A stretch of 64,000 nt of DNA, from NCBI RefSeq assembly GCF_009914755.1, contig NC_060935.1. The stretch is one strand, 5' to 3'. Under the pieces are notes generated by a model. It ran no database searches. It was not told the DNA's origin and saw only the letters and a list, made by a program, of their open reading frames with translations. This document shows, one piece after another, positions 63,432-64,000 of this stretch (position 1 is its first letter; each line of letters begins with the position of its first letter). The stretch is from the human T2T-CHM13v2.0 reference genome, Homo sapiens. The translations under genes and the position numbers were made by a program.

Positions 63432-64000
63432 CTTTTTATTTTTTAATTTCAACTTTCCTTTTAGATACAGGGGTTACATGTGCAGATTTGTTACATGGGA
63501 ATATTACACGTTGATGAGTCTTGGAGTACGGACAGATCTCATCACCCTGGTAGTGAGCATATACCCAATAGTTAGTTTTCTAACCCAGCCCCTTTCCCTC
63601 CACCCTCTAGTAGTCCACAGTGTCTATTGTTCCTACATTTATGTCCATGTATGGTCAAAGCTTAGTTCCCAGTTATGAGTGAGAACATGTGATATTTAGT
63701 TTTCTGTTACAGCATTAATTTGCTTAGGATTATTGCACTGTGGAAAGTAGTCTGGAAATTTCTTAGAGAACTTAAAACAGAGTTACCATTTAACCCAGCA
63801 ATGCCATTACTAGGTAAATAGCCAAAAGAAAATGACTCAATCTACCAAAATGACACATCCTGTTGTATGTTCATTGCTGCACTGTTCACAATAGGAAAGA
63901 AATGAAATCAACCGAGGTGCCCATCAATAGTAGATTGGATTAAAAAAATACTTGGTACATATATTCCTATGGAATACCATGCAGCAATAGAAAAGAATAA
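63432..64000 (-). mobile_element. Older L1PA/PB 3' end with an inverted segment starting ~63737 (runs off the window)
   Basis: Antisense L1 3'UTR, then sense-strand ORF2 end (cactgtggaaagtagtctgg...). Confidence 0.8.

Overview
Primate, very likely human, genomic DNA from the glycine-N-acyltransferase (GLYAT) cluster (chr11q12 from memory). It contains the complete minus-strand GLYATL2 gene. Five coding exons (13133-13056, 11889-11782, 10918-10792, 10698-10536, 8358-7950) all have GT-AG boundaries and total 885 nt, i.e. 294 aa plus stop. A probable 5' non-coding exon lies near 17953-18043 and a poly(A) signal at 7602-7607. About 40 kb away, in divergent orientation, are the first two coding exons of a plus-strand GLYATL1-like paralog (58400-59035); its second exon has lost its splice acceptor (CAG>CAT). 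The rest is mostly transposable elements: ERV1 and ERVK LTRs, a full-length L1PA with TSDs, inverted L1s, a full-length Tigger1, Alus, MIR and L2. Less routine observations: (1) an in-frame cryptic acceptor that could rescue the pseudogene exon, with two sense-oriented TE promoters upstream; (2) an unidentified ~2.1 kb retrocopy carrying a ~95 bp patch apparently copied from the neighbouring Tigger1; (3) a ~100 bp palindromic patchwork insertion templated from a site 590 bp away. I see no clear evidence of a wholly new biological system, and these observations are hypotheses to test. TE family names are from memory of consensus sequences, not from a search.
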